A stretch of 37,070 bases of DNA from a virus (Duplodnaviria; Caudoviricetes), in IMG/VR virus record IMGVR_UViG_3300047669_000545, positions 1-37,070 of that record. One strand, 5' to 3'. The notes below the pieces were generated by a model. The model had not been told where the DNA came from. It did no database searches and worked only from the letters and a program-made list of their open reading frames with translations. Positions 1 through 10,466 of the stretch are shown here, piece after piece. Position 1 is the first letter of the stretch, and every line of letters begins with the position of its first letter. A program made the translations under genes and the position numbers.

Positions 1-899
1 TGTGACTCTGCAGTTTCCCTTGTTACTCCAGGGACAGTCATTAATTTATTAACTAACTCTTCTGTTAAATCAGTTTTTAATTGCGCTCCAAAGTATCTCT
101 CAGGAACTTTTGCTATGTTGTCAAATGGCGCTGTATCTTCTGGTAAATTACTATTTAATAAGTTTAAAAAATTATTTGTTACTTCAGGTTTTAATTGTTG
201 AGCATATTTATTTAATACCTTATTTCGTGATTTATTCATTAAAGTTGTTTCTTCTGCAGATAAAGTCATTCCACTTGTTTCTTTTTCAAATATACCTAAA
301 GCTGTTTGTTTTTCTTGATTAGTCTTTGCATTTTTTATACTATTAAAATAAGATTTACGTGCACTCCTAATTTTTGATCTTTCTGCATTATTTAAAGCAG
401 TTTCGGTTGCAGAAGTAAGGTCATTTTCTTCTTTTTGTAATCTAGCTGCCTTAGTTCTGTTAAATTTAGCTTCTTCCCGTTCTCGTATTTTAGCTTTATG
501 CGTATTATCAAGTAGGTCTTGAGCCATTTTAGCATCATAAGATTTCTTATCCATTAGAGCTTTATCTTGTGCTCTAGTTTCATCAGCTATTAAAAAGTCT
601 TGAGCCCTCGCTTCAGTTACAGCAGTATTAGCTTGATTCATATCAAGCCATCCTTTTTCAGCTCTACCTAATAGATCCTGTCGCTCTTCATCACTATCAA
701 GAGCATTTAACTCAGAAATAAATTCATCTGTTTCTCTTTTCTGCTTATCATCTGCAAATTGACTAACATTAGTACCCAGTCCTTCAATAGCACTACCTAG
801 TTGTTCACCAGAGTCTTTTAATAAAGCATTTGCAGAAGCATTACTGGGACCAGTGACGTTTCTCCAAGTTATAGGGATAAAGTTTCCAGACCTAGCCAT
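1..899 (-). CDS. N4 gp51-like virion/ejection protein, 3' end runs off the window (absent from the ORF track)
   Basis: Read by hand: ATG at 899 with AGGAG RBS upstream; MARSGNFIPITWRNVTGPSN... stays open to the window edge. The N-terminal ITWRNV motif and position after the gp52-like gene fit N4-like gene order. Confidence 0.7.
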   Translation of the reverse strand, partial: MARSGNFIPITWRNVTGPSNASANALLKDSGEQLGSAIEGLGTNVSQFADDKQKRETDEFISELNALDSDEERQDLLGRAEKGWLDMNQANTAVTEARAQDFLIADETRAQDKALMDKKSYDAKMAQDLLDNTHKAKIREREEAKFNRTKAARLQKEENDLTSATETALNNAERSKIRSARKSYFNSIKNAKTNQEKQTALGIFEKETSGMTLSAEETTLMNKSRNKVLNKYAQQLKPEVTNNFLNLLNSNLPEDTAPFDNIAKVPERYFGAQLKTDLTEELVNKLMTVPGVTRETAES

Positions 900-927
900 A
901 AAAAATCTCCTAAGTTATACTATTTAA

Positions 928-1452
928 TTAAGCAAGTGCAGGTACAAGATCTCTATAGTCAGTACGACCTTGTTTTTTCTTCCATAAATTTACTTCTTTA
1001 GTACGATTATTATCTTTAAGTACATTAGCGTTAAGTGCTTTTACCTGCATACCATAATTCTGATTAAATTGTCGTGTATTTTCATCTAATTGCTTTTCTG
1101 CTATACCTAAACCTTTAATAGCAGCCCAACCCCTAGCTAAATTACCAATACCACTAAATCCTGCTCCTATTGTATCTGCAGTACCTTTATTCCATCCAAA
1201 TCCGCTATCTGCATTTCCCTCACTAGCATCATTGATTCCAAGATTATAGAGGTTATCGTCCTTATTACTAGGATTAGCGAGTTGACCAAAATTAGAATTA
1301 GGTGAAGACGGCCATAATGATTGATATGCGTCTAAATCCCTTCCAAAAATTCCTGATGATTTTCCCATATATTCAGTTTGATCGGATTGTGATTGTTGCC
1401 CTAGGATACCCAGTTCTCTTAATTTTTTAAAGTATTGCTTATTAAGTGCCAT
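928..1452 (-). CDS. N4 gp52-like small virion protein
   Basis: 174 aa, AGGAG RBS, Gly-rich amphipathic segment (GAGFSGIGNLARGWAAIKG) followed by a Q/N-rich coil; synteny. Confidence 0.6.
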   Translation of the reverse strand: MALNKQYFKKLRELGILGQQSQSDQTEYMGKSSGIFGRDLDAYQSLWPSSPNSNFGQLANPSNKDDNLYNLGINDASEGNADSGFGWNKGTADTIGAGFSGIGNLARGWAAIKGLGIAEKQLDENTRQFNQNYGMQVKALNANVLKDNNRTKEVNLWKKKQGRTDYRDLVPALA

Positions 1453-1533
1453 AATTTAGCTCCTATTACTTAATACATATTAGTAGTTAATACTACCTCT
1501 ATTAATTATATTTGTCTATTTTTATATAACTAA

Positions 1534-4212
1534 TTAAATATACTGTGGTTTACTTTCAATTTGATGGGTTATATTTTCTTCATATGCATAGGGTATAGTA
1601 CAAGTATATTCATGATAATTATTAGAAGTAGAATAAAGTAACTCTGGATGTTTACTATAGTTACTATTGGATATAACTCGTGTAATTATATTTGAATAAT
1701 CTGGTGAAAAATCAATAATATCATCATATTTTTCACGATGTGCTTTAAGTTTATTTCTTTTTCTATCTTGTTCTGCTTGAGCTTGAGAAGTTTCTAATGC
1801 TAATTCTTCTTCTATACTTTTTACACGTACACCTACAACTACATTTACATAATCAATAGACGCAACAAATATTTGTGCGTAATCCATAGTAGTAAGTGGG
1901 TTACTACCAGAAAAATACCATGTTGTACCTACAGCAGCTATTACACTAAGTGCTAATGCAAGTTCTTCATTTACCTCTGCTATTTCTGCAATCATTAAGC
2001 GGATTAAAAAAGCTACAGTCATAGCTGTTACTATTTGTGCTACTACATATAGAATAAGTGCTTGAGTTACTGCATGGGTAATTCCGTGATATGCAATACT
2101 AACTGCTATAGCTTCTATCCACATATATGATTCTTGCCCAAATTCAATAGCTACAATAATTGTAACTACAATAACAATAAGCAATACTATAGCTAACCAA
2201 ACAGGCATTGTTTCCGGTACAATAACCTCGTAATGAGCAATATAAATAGATAAATGACAGCCTTTTAATAGTAATCTAGTAACTAAATTACCAGATAAAT
2301 CTTTAACAAAAGTATGAATGAATGGGACCATTAAATCATTTTTATGTCCCAAATTAAATTTAACAAATTTAAATTTAGCAGTATCTCCATCAATAACTCT
2401 TAAAGCACCAATTGGAGCAACTACGGTATACGCGTCTAATCCTGAAGGTTTACAACAATAATAGGTAATTGACTGTCCTACAGTTGTAGCTTCTGAAGCT
2501 GCTGAAACTCCTTTTAATACACCTGATCCGTTATTTTCATACACTAAGTCAGGAGTAATAAAGATTGCTGTACTAGCAGTTCCATCTGAATTTAATAAAT
2601 TAGGAGTAGAATTATTATAAGGCATTCTAACAGTTGGTTGCATCCAATTAGCAGCCTCTGTAGTAGTAGTACCAGGGTTTATTACACCATTACCATCTAA
2701 AAAATCTTGTACTTCAGCTAAAGTATCCGCTTTATACCCTACATTATAGGTTCCTTTACCAGAAGAAACATAATACGAAAATTGTATAATGTTATTAGAA
2801 TCAAATTTAGACATATCTGAATAGTATATGCCGTTTTCAGTACTACCACTATCTGCGTTAATTTCAGATACTGAAAAATGCTCATATGTAATGTATGACC
2901 ATTGAAATATTTGTTTATTATCTAATGATGTAGTAATTATGTTATTTTGGGGTTTTTCATCTCCTGCTATAGAATTGTTATAAGTACCTTGTGTAACTCC
3001 TTGTGAAGGGTATAAATTCTCAAACATACTAAATAAATACGACATTCCTGTTTGAGAAGTATCCCACATACGCACACCAAAATTAACATAGACATTGTCT
3101 ACATCTCCTGGATTTGAGTTAGGATCAGTCATAACTCTAGCTATTAATGATTCAGCATCAAGACTAAGTGTATCGCATAAGGATTTAATCTGAGCAACTT
3201 TAGTTGCACCAAAAGTAGTAAAATTAGAATTACTTAATCTTAATGGAATAGCGGGCATTGTTTGTAATATCGTACCATCCTCATTAATAGAATTTTCTAT
3301 AACATCTAAATCAGTATAAGTTCCCTCACCTACTTTATATATAAATAAGTATGTTCTAGAAGGGGCACTATCTCTATAATAATATGAAATATAATGTAAT
3401 TGTACAGGTTTGCTAGGTATTGTGTATGGAAGGACTCTATTTATACTTCCCAAACTAGGTGTGTTGTATACAGTAACTGAGTAATTATCTGGAGTTGAAT
3501 TATAAGTAACCGAACTAAAATCTACATACCACCGTTCATCAACTAATACATCATCTGCTGTACCTATTATACTAGTTATATTAACATCGTAATGATTAAC
3601 AGATGGAATTACGTGAACTGTATCTCCAACAGGGGTAGGTGGACTAGTACTAGTTGTTACGTATCCTTCTCCTAATGTATTAGTTCCTACATTATATTCT
3701 TTGTTTTCCTGAAGCCAGTATTTAACCCAAGTAGAACTATCTAATGAATACAGCGCTGATTGCTCAGGAGTACAAGGAACACTATTTAAAGTAGCTAATG
3801 CGGCTGTTAATTCAGTGTAATCTATAGTTAAAATAAAAGAGTTTACTACAGGAAAGGGTTCAAAATAATTCCCATCTTCAATAAATCTCATAAACTTTTT
3901 TGTATTAGTTTTATGCCCTCCCCATGTAAGAGTGTAAAGTATATCCCTAATAAGACTAGTGTTGCCTCGAACACTTTTAAGTACAGTTTCTTGTAAACTA
4001 GTATCTATTTCTTGATCAGTAAACAGAGGAATATTATGAACTTCATAATATTCTAATACTTGGTCATCATATCCTAAAATGACCGCTATAAGTGCAATAA
4101 CTATTTCAACTACTTGGTAAATCCGATAAGCTGTTTCAGCAGCTATTGCTAGAGTTGCTATAACCTCTACATATGGGGCAACATATATAAGTGCATCTAA
4201 GACAATAGACAT
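1534..4212 (-). CDS. N4 gp53-like large virion protein with C-terminal hydrophobic helices
   Basis: 892 aa, PAIPLR motif, several transmembrane-like segments in the C-terminal quarter; size and position match N4-like gp53. Confidence 0.65.
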   Translation of the reverse strand: MSIVLDALIYVAPYVEVIATLAIAAETAYRIYQVVEIVIALIAVILGYDDQVLEYYEVHNIPLFTDQEIDTSLQETVLKSVRGNTSLIRDILYTLTWGGHKTNTKKFMRFIEDGNYFEPFPVVNSFILTIDYTELTAALATLNSVPCTPEQSALYSLDSSTWVKYWLQENKEYNVGTNTLGEGYVTTSTSPPTPVGDTVHVIPSVNHYDVNITSIIGTADDVLVDERWYVDFSSVTYNSTPDNYSVTVYNTPSLGSINRVLPYTIPSKPVQLHYISYYYRDSAPSRTYLFIYKVGEGTYTDLDVIENSINEDGTILQTMPAIPLRLSNSNFTTFGATKVAQIKSLCDTLSLDAESLIARVMTDPNSNPGDVDNVYVNFGVRMWDTSQTGMSYLFSMFENLYPSQGVTQGTYNNSIAGDEKPQNNIITTSLDNKQIFQWSYITYEHFSVSEINADSGSTENGIYYSDMSKFDSNNIIQFSYYVSSGKGTYNVGYKADTLAEVQDFLDGNGVINPGTTTTEAANWMQPTVRMPYNNSTPNLLNSDGTASTAIFITPDLVYENNGSGVLKGVSAASEATTVGQSITYYCCKPSGLDAYTVVAPIGALRVIDGDTAKFKFVKFNLGHKNDLMVPFIHTFVKDLSGNLVTRLLLKGCHLSIYIAHYEVIVPETMPVWLAIVLLIVIVVTIIVAIEFGQESYMWIEAIAVSIAYHGITHAVTQALILYVVAQIVTAMTVAFLIRLMIAEIAEVNEELALALSVIAAVGTTWYFSGSNPLTTMDYAQIFVASIDYVNVVVGVRVKSIEEELALETSQAQAEQDRKRNKLKAHREKYDDIIDFSPDYSNIITRVISNSNYSKHPELLYSTSNNYHEYTCTIPYAYEENITHQIESKPQYI

Positions 4213-4216
4213 TTAA

Positions 4217-4741
4217 CTACCCAGTCGGTTCTGCGTTAGTGATCTGAGTATTAATATTGCCGGTACCTGTTGCATTAATTGCAGTTACTTGAGTAGCTGG
4301 TACACCTGCTGTAGAGATATTAATACTCCAAGCATCTAGGAGAGTTTTAAGATATTTTTGATCTGCATTCCATTTAAATCCTTTAGCTTGTTCAGCAGAT
4401 AAAGCAGCTTGTGCTCCCATAATACTAGTAGTAGTTGGGGCTACTTTAGTGGATCTGTCAGTTTGTGCAAATTCAGTAACTTCTTTTTGAAGTAATAAAG
4501 ATTCCTCAGCATTACCTTTTTGCATACCTATTGTGTAAGCTACTGCTTGTTGTACAGTAGCCTGCATTGCTGTTAGGTATACTGTTGCGTAATCACTACC
4601 AGTAATTCGACCTAGATTAAACTGAGCAGCCATATGAGCATTAACAGTTTCCATCATGTCATCGAATACACCGGTACCTGTTACTACGTTATCAGCATCC
4701 GTAGAAACACTGGCAGTTAAATTAGCAATAGTAATAGCCAT
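4217..4741 (-). CDS. N4 gp54-like virion structural protein
   Basis: GTGVFDDMM..V.AH...QF..GRITGSDYA.VY motif typical of N4-like gp54; synteny. Confidence 0.75.
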   Translation of the reverse strand: MAITIANLTASVSTDADNVVTGTGVFDDMMETVNAHMAAQFNLGRITGSDYATVYLTAMQATVQQAVAYTIGMQKGNAEESLLLQKEVTEFAQTDRSTKVAPTTTSIMGAQAALSAEQAKGFKWNADQKYLKTLLDAWSINISTAGVPATQVTAINATGTGNINTQITNAEPTG

Positions 4742-5364
4742 TAGCTAGCTCCTATATTAAAAGCAGGATTAGCTGCTTGAGCTGCAGCAAGTTTATCCAT
4801 TTCTTCTGGCGTTAAAGGATCTAAAATTCGTACATTAAATTTTTTAGTTATATATGGTTCCAATTGCTTATCACCATTAGGCATAGTTACTGTTTTAAAT
4901 TTTTGCATTTCAGCATGTTCAATTTGTTGAAGAATAATATTTGGTACATGCCATCCTTCTTCATTGTTAAATGGAACATATTTTTTAACCATTTTTCCAT
5001 CGTTAATTCCTGAAACTCCTACAGTAAATATAAGTCCTGGATACGAACTCATAAGAGGATCATTAGGAGTAACTACTATACGAACTAATTTCATAGCTGA
5101 TTGTTTTGGAGTTAACTGAAAATGCTTTGTTGCTGCTTCTATAGCTGCTTTACTTGCTTCTGGCAGTCCATCTTTATAAGGACGATCTTTAACTGCAACT
5201 GCAGTAACTTCATCTTGAGTTACTGTTGATGGATTTTTACGTATAGATGCAAGTAATTCAATTAATTTAACTGTTCCTGTTTTATGATGAACTTTAACTC
5301 CATATTCTTCTAATTCTTGTTTAATTTCTTCATTAGTCATACTTTTAATATCTGATAAATCCAT
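4741..5364 (-). CDS. N4 gp55-like protein
   Basis: AMKLVRI..TPNDP...GLIFTVG...KKYVPF...GWHVP...LDPLT.EE motifs; directly downstream of the capsid gene. Confidence 0.75.
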   Translation of the reverse strand: MDLSDIKSMTNEEIKQELEEYGVKVHHKTGTVKLIELLASIRKNPSTVTQDEVTAVAVKDRPYKDGLPEASKAAIEAATKHFQLTPKQSAMKLVRIVVTPNDPLMSSYPGLIFTVGVSGINDGKMVKKYVPFNNEEGWHVPNIILQQIEHAEMQKFKTVTMPNGDKQLEPYITKKFNVRILDPLTPEEMDKLAAAQAANPAFNIGAS

Positions 5365-5398
5365 TATTTCCTCCTCTTATTTTAATAATTTATCTTGT

Positions 5399-5440
5399 AA
5401 TAAAGAATGTCCCCCGAGCCCTAAAGGGCTCGGAGGGACA
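5399..5440 (-). terminator. Rho-independent terminator after the major capsid gene
   Basis: Minus strand TGTCCCTCCGAGCCCT-TT-AGGGCTCGGGGGACA, a long GC-rich stem with one G-U pair, followed by TTCTTTATT. Confidence 0.85.
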
Positions 5441-5455
5441 ATCAAACAGTATTAA

Positions 5456-6811
5456 TTATGCTACTGCTGTTTTAGCTGTCCAAATAATACCAAGACGTTC
5501 TGGACGAAGTGCCATAAATCCATAATACCATTTGATAGAGTAGAATCCTACCTCACCATATGGATCATCCAAAGAAGCAATTTCTTTACCAGGCTTCTTA
5601 TGGTTGATAGAGAATTTAACACTTTTTCCGTCAGTCTGGAAACCAATAGTAGTAAATGCACCATCACCAACAACTAGCATTGGATAAATGTCTGCACCAT
5701 TATCACCAGTACCTGCAGTATCAGAAGAAGCTGCACCACCGTTTTCGGTATGTTGCATTTCTGGTACTACAATAATTCTAAACTGGTCAACACTACCAAT
5801 TTCACCATTTAAGATGTTTCCGGCATCAGCGTACTTTTCTACGCCAACAAACCCAGAACCAACAACTGAACCAGAAATATCAGTCATTTTACGTACTACA
5901 GGAATCAATTCTGATCCAATGTACATAATTCGACCGCCATTAACAGTTTTAGTATCAACCATTCTAGAACCACTAATAATCTTTGTTTGCTTAGGAGTCT
6001 TATTGTCGTCCAAAGCGATAGAAAGATTCATTAGATCATTGTAGGTAACAACTTCATCAACAGCCAATTTTAGTGCTGTTCTAGTAGCACCTGCTGCAAC
6101 TGTTGAACCAGCAAGAGCAACACTAGCTCCAGAACAAAAGTAAGCAGTACCATTAGCAGTTGCATTAGTAATAAGATCTGCCTGAAGCTCCGCTTCAGTC
6201 ATCTCATTAGCGCCTACAAGTGCTTCCTCAGTAATATGGGATAACAGATCTGAATCTGAATCAAAATCCATAGATTCCTGAGTGTACTCAGTAAAGAATC
6301 CGCGTTTAAGTAATTCCCCTTCAATTTGCGTACGGGTGAATCCAACACGGTTAACACGTCCACCATGTTCACGGAGAGTTGGGATTTTAGACTTAATCGT
6401 ACCGGTATCTTTAGAAGATCCATACAAGTTCTGATCATTCAATCCAATCTCACCAAGAGCACCAGCGGCTGTTACAGCAGCTGCTCTATCTGCAGCATCA
6501 TCATCTTGAAGAACTCCAGCAGCATTCCAAGCAGAGTATGTGCCAGCTACTAATGTAGTACTTGCAGCATCAATTCCTTGATCGCCGGTATTTAATACAT
6601 CCAGTAATGGAACATATACATCTTGTTTAATCTTTTTACCCATATTCTTAGGCATCGCACGTACATCAGCCAAAGGCATAAAGTACTGATGATCCCTAAC
6701 AGAAATAAGGGCTTTTTTAAAATAATAGTCTGTTATTGCTTGTGGGCCTATATCCGAAGCAGTTCCACTAGCAGTACTAGACGGTTTATTATAAGCACTT
6801 TCGTTAGCCAT
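5456..6811 (-). CDS. Major capsid protein, N4 gp56 family
   Basis: MPKNMGK.IK..YVPLLD, NLYGSSKD.GTI..K.PTL.E.GGRVNRVGFTR, GEIG.VDQFRIIVVPEM and DPYGE.GF.SIKWYYG motifs. Confidence 0.95.
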   Translation of the reverse strand: MANESAYNKPSSTASGTASDIGPQAITDYYFKKALISVRDHQYFMPLADVRAMPKNMGKKIKQDVYVPLLDVLNTGDQGIDAASTTLVAGTYSAWNAAGVLQDDDAADRAAAVTAAGALGEIGLNDQNLYGSSKDTGTIKSKIPTLREHGGRVNRVGFTRTQIEGELLKRGFFTEYTQESMDFDSDSDLLSHITEEALVGANEMTEAELQADLITNATANGTAYFCSGASVALAGSTVAAGATRTALKLAVDEVVTYNDLMNLSIALDDNKTPKQTKIISGSRMVDTKTVNGGRIMYIGSELIPVVRKMTDISGSVVGSGFVGVEKYADAGNILNGEIGSVDQFRIIVVPEMQHTENGGAASSDTAGTGDNGADIYPMLVVGDGAFTTIGFQTDGKSVKFSINHKKPGKEIASLDDPYGEVGFYSIKWYYGFMALRPERLGIIWTAKTAVA

Positions 6812-6840
6812 AGTAATTTCCTATTTAATAGTAATTAAAA

Positions 6841-8019
6841 TTACCGATTAGCATACTTCTTCATAAAATCAGCATCTGACAATCCTAAAAAATCTTCATC
6901 AGTTGATGATTTTTTTGTAGTAGTCTGCTTAACCGGTGCTACTGCTTTTCGTTGTTTATTACGATCAGCATTAGCTTGTGAGTTTGTATCAGACTTACTT
7001 GATACTTTAGGAGTAGTACTAGGATTATTACCTTGTTCACTCTGTAATTTAAGAAGACCATTTTTATGCATGTTTTCAGCAATTTGACGATATGCTTCTA
7101 CATCAGGAATACCAGCTAGTTTACCTAACGTTTTTTCCTGTTGTAACACAGCATTAACTTGATCAAATACACCGTTACTCATATGAGTATTAACAATACT
7201 AATGATTTCAGGATTGTCTGAAATAGTTGTTTTACTTTCAGTATCCCATTCCTTAGTCAAAACGTTAATAGTTTTATTAAAAGTATCAGTATCTTTGATT
7301 TCATCAAGTATTTGGTCTAAATTATACTCTTTATCAGTAACAGAGTAATCAGTTGGTTGGTAATCCGTAGGTACATCCTTGTCGATGTCTAAAGGATCTA
7401 TATCACTTTCTTCTATAAGCTTAGCGATAGCTTTAGGATTCTTTTTAGATAAATCAATTAGATTATGTAATTTTGCTTCGTTAAGAAGCTCATTTTTCTC
7501 TAACATCTTAATTAACTTAAGATTAGGCTTTAACTGTGCCATCTTCTTTTGGTAATTAGCACCCATCTGCATTAGACGGATGATATCCTCAGGATCCTTA
7601 ATTTGCATATCAACGCCATTGGCTTTGAAAGGTTCAGACACCTTTTTATACGCACTTTCGTAATCAAACTCTTTTGTTTCCGGAGTATCCCCCTTTGTGT
7701 CAGTTGAGTCTTTCTTACTAGTATCAAGAGATTCTGTCTCATTACTATCAATAGAAGTTTCAGGCTCCGTCTGGGTATCCCCTTCAGGTTGGCTTACTTC
7801 TTCATCAACAGTGGTATCTTCAGTTTGCTCTTGTGCATTACTATCCTCTTCTACTTGCGTATCAGAGGTTACATCATTATTATCATCAGTTTGATCTGAT
7901 GATTTAATTTCTTGATCAGTTGATTCTTCTGTATCTGGATTATTATCTTCAGATAATAAATCAGCAGGATTTTTTTCTAAAAATTCTGCATCAGATAAGC
8001 CTAAAGAGGTTTGAGTCAT
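6841..8019 (-). CDS. N4 gp57-like protein (often annotated tape measure; acidic, scaffold-like)
   Basis: Acidic low-complexity N-terminus, PFKANG...LMQMGANY.KKM motif; immediately upstream of the capsid gene. Confidence 0.8.
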   Translation of the reverse strand: MTQTSLGLSDAEFLEKNPADLLSEDNNPDTEESTDQEIKSSDQTDDNNDVTSDTQVEEDSNAQEQTEDTTVDEEVSQPEGDTQTEPETSIDSNETESLDTSKKDSTDTKGDTPETKEFDYESAYKKVSEPFKANGVDMQIKDPEDIIRLMQMGANYQKKMAQLKPNLKLIKMLEKNELLNEAKLHNLIDLSKKNPKAIAKLIEESDIDPLDIDKDVPTDYQPTDYSVTDKEYNLDQILDEIKDTDTFNKTINVLTKEWDTESKTTISDNPEIISIVNTHMSNGVFDQVNAVLQQEKTLGKLAGIPDVEAYRQIAENMHKNGLLKLQSEQGNNPSTTPKVSSKSDTNSQANADRNKQRKAVAPVKQTTTKKSSTDEDFLGLSDADFMKKYANR

Positions 8020-8348
8020 ACAGCTACCTCCTCAGCTAAAATTTCTTCTCTAGTTTGTTCATGCTCTCCTACAGCTTGATCCATTTCAGCACCACGTCTC
8101 ATAACTGATTCAATGTAGTTAGCTAATGCACCAATACCGTATTGCATGTTATCAATAAGTTTCATCTGTTCAGGGCTAAGATTAGAACTTTTAGCCATAA
8201 CTAATCTAGCTGCTTCTTCTTTAAAATAACCTTCAGTAATAACATCTTTAAATGCTTTACTTTCAGTTAATTTAATACAATTATCTCGCAGTTTTCTTAA
8301 CTTATTAGCCATTTCAATTTGAATTTCAACTTGCTCGATTTCTTTCAT
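8016..8348 (-). CDS. N4 gp58-like protein
   Basis: FK.VI.EGYF.EEAARLV motif; lies between portal and the gp57-like gene. Confidence 0.75.
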   Translation of the reverse strand: MKEIEQVEIQIEMANKLRKLRDNCIKLTESKAFKDVITEGYFKEEAARLVMAKSSNLSPEQMKLIDNMQYGIGALANYIESVMRRGAEMDQAVGEHEQTREEILAEEVAV

Positions 8349-8356
8349 GTAACTCC

Positions 8357-10441
8357 TTATGGTTTAGTTAATGCGTCAAATGCACTTTTATCAAGACCAG
8401 CTAACCTATCATGCTCCTTTGTATTCATGTTAGATTCTCGATCATACTCTTTACTTTCCATATTTTGAGCATGTTTTCTATCAGCTGATTCTGCATCTCG
8501 TGCACTAGTTACTCCAGATTCTTTTTCAACAAAATCAAGATCAGATAAATCAGAACCGCTGTGCATACTCCTTGCTTTAGCTTGTTCTGTTTCAGTTTTA
8601 GCTGTTTTAAGAGCTACATCTACTTCATTCTCACGACCCTTAGCAGTTTCATTAGCTACTTGAGCTTGTAATAGTGCAAGTTCAAGTTGAGCTTTCTGTT
8701 GTGCCATCGGATCAGGTTGAGGTTGATACTCAGTAATACGTTTAGCTAAATCAGGCATTTTGCGTAATTTAGCGATATCAGCTAAGATCATAAAACTCAT
8801 TTCTGGGGGCATAGTATTACCCATAGTTTGTAGCATAAAAGCTAACTCACTAGCTTTTTGCTCATCCGCTTCAGCAGTAGAAATATTAAGCTTAATATCA
8901 TATTTACCACCTAAGTCATTGCGGTTAATTGCTACAAATTCTTCATTAGTGATGCGAATAATTTCTTCATCTTCTAAGAATTCTGAATTCATAGAAATAA
9001 CTTTACGTCCAATTTGATTTAACCCATTAGACAATCTGCGTAAAATACCTAGCTCCCGTTTAGATGTAGCATCAAGTGCTGATCTAATACCAGTAGCTGT
9101 AGCTCCTAAAGCTTGTCCTGAAATACCTTGAGTAAATGCTTTAACACCTGTTAATGCTTCAGCATCGTTATTTTGCATGTTTAATACTTCAAGAGCAGAC
9201 CGGGGAATCTCAGGGTATATCTCCATATGAAATGCTTGTTTAGGATCTACATTAGCATTAAACTTGTAATCTTCACCTCGTTCAAATTTACGAGCGTTAG
9301 TTACATCAAGGGCATCTTTTCTAATACCTTGTTGCCCACTAGCGCTACGGCCAATAATGTCAATAATGCCACGAGTAACAGCACCCACGATTTTTTGATT
9401 ATCTTCGATAAGAGCTGCATCTGGTTCTCCGTATATATTTTTACGTCTAGGTAGGTATTGAACTAATACAAAAGGAAGTTTTTTATCTGGATAAGGATTT
9501 TCTTCTAATCTAATAAAAGTACTACCTACCCAAGTAGCTACAAAAGGTTTAACCTCCCCAGTATCATCAATATCCCAATATCCCCAGTATTCACGAGCAA
9601 TAACTTTCTTACGTGCTTTATCTTTAAATGTAAAAGAATCATCATCTGAATTAACTGCATGATCAGGTTCAGACAATACTGAAGCACTTTCAAAGTTAAT
9701 ATCATCAAGATTTTTATACCGTCCATCTTTTTTAAGTTCTGATAATGAAGTTTCAAAACTAAACACAGCAAAATTAGCTTTTTCTATATCCCCTTCACAA
9801 GTAGGATCTAATACTAAATTGTTATAATCACATACTGTTAATACTGGTTGATTCTTAGTAGTAATAGTTTTTGTTGACGCTTTTTCACCTGTTTTAACTT
9901 CTTGTTGAATAGGTTGCCCATCTGGGCCCGCAACTACTTGCACTTCTATTATATCTGTATAGACTTTACGTTTATCTTCTTCAAATTCCCAACCTACACG
10001 TACAACTACAGTACCTTCATCTACAGCTGTACGAATATAGTTATCAATAAAACTTACTTTATCCATACGGCAGTTAAGCTGGTAATTTAATAACATACCA
10101 TTTTGTACTGCTGCTTCTTTATCTTCAAAAGTTTGAGGGGAAGTGTTAAATAAATCATCTGTAGATAGGAATGGTTCTGATAAAGCAGCGTAACGCCATT
10201 CAGCTTGTTTACGCGCTAATCGAGGTACGAGTTTAGAACGACCTCTCTTTGCATTAATTGTTTGTTCCCCATTAAGTACTCTTAACCAAGCATCTACTTC
10301 ATCAGTATGAACTTGATGAGCTACTCGAGCAGAATCATAATCTGCTTTAAGCTCTGCAAGAGTAGGAGGGTTTTCCCAATCTACTAAACTAGCAGCATCT
10401 GTTTCAGTTGTATCTAAATTAGGATCATCTTCATGACTCAT
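8357..10441 (-). CDS. Portal protein, N4 gp59 family
   Basis: W.NPPTL..LK.D, GRSK.VP.L.RKQAEWRY.ALSEPFL, GAVTRG.ID..GRSA.GQ.G and RE.GILRRL motifs; 694 aa. Confidence 0.93.
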   Translation of the reverse strand: MSHEDDPNLDTTETDAASLVDWENPPTLAELKADYDSARVAHQVHTDEVDAWLRVLNGEQTINAKRGRSKLVPRLARKQAEWRYAALSEPFLSTDDLFNTSPQTFEDKEAAVQNGMLLNYQLNCRMDKVSFIDNYIRTAVDEGTVVVRVGWEFEEDKRKVYTDIIEVQVVAGPDGQPIQQEVKTGEKASTKTITTKNQPVLTVCDYNNLVLDPTCEGDIEKANFAVFSFETSLSELKKDGRYKNLDDINFESASVLSEPDHAVNSDDDSFTFKDKARKKVIAREYWGYWDIDDTGEVKPFVATWVGSTFIRLEENPYPDKKLPFVLVQYLPRRKNIYGEPDAALIEDNQKIVGAVTRGIIDIIGRSASGQQGIRKDALDVTNARKFERGEDYKFNANVDPKQAFHMEIYPEIPRSALEVLNMQNNDAEALTGVKAFTQGISGQALGATATGIRSALDATSKRELGILRRLSNGLNQIGRKVISMNSEFLEDEEIIRITNEEFVAINRNDLGGKYDIKLNISTAEADEQKASELAFMLQTMGNTMPPEMSFMILADIAKLRKMPDLAKRITEYQPQPDPMAQQKAQLELALLQAQVANETAKGRENEVDVALKTAKTETEQAKARSMHSGSDLSDLDFVEKESGVTSARDAESADRKHAQNMESKEYDRESNMNTKEHDRLAGLDKSAFDALTKP

Positions 10442-10466
10442 ATCTTTATTACCTATTAACTATATT

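Noticed and set aside
110-322. Plus-strand 70-aa ORF
   Set aside because: Antisense shadow of the minus-strand gene at 1-899, which has an RBS and a recognisable motif.
5688-10090. Several short alternative-frame or antisense ORFs inside the capsid, gp57-like and portal genes
   Set aside because: They lie within well-supported conserved genes and show no protein-like motifs.
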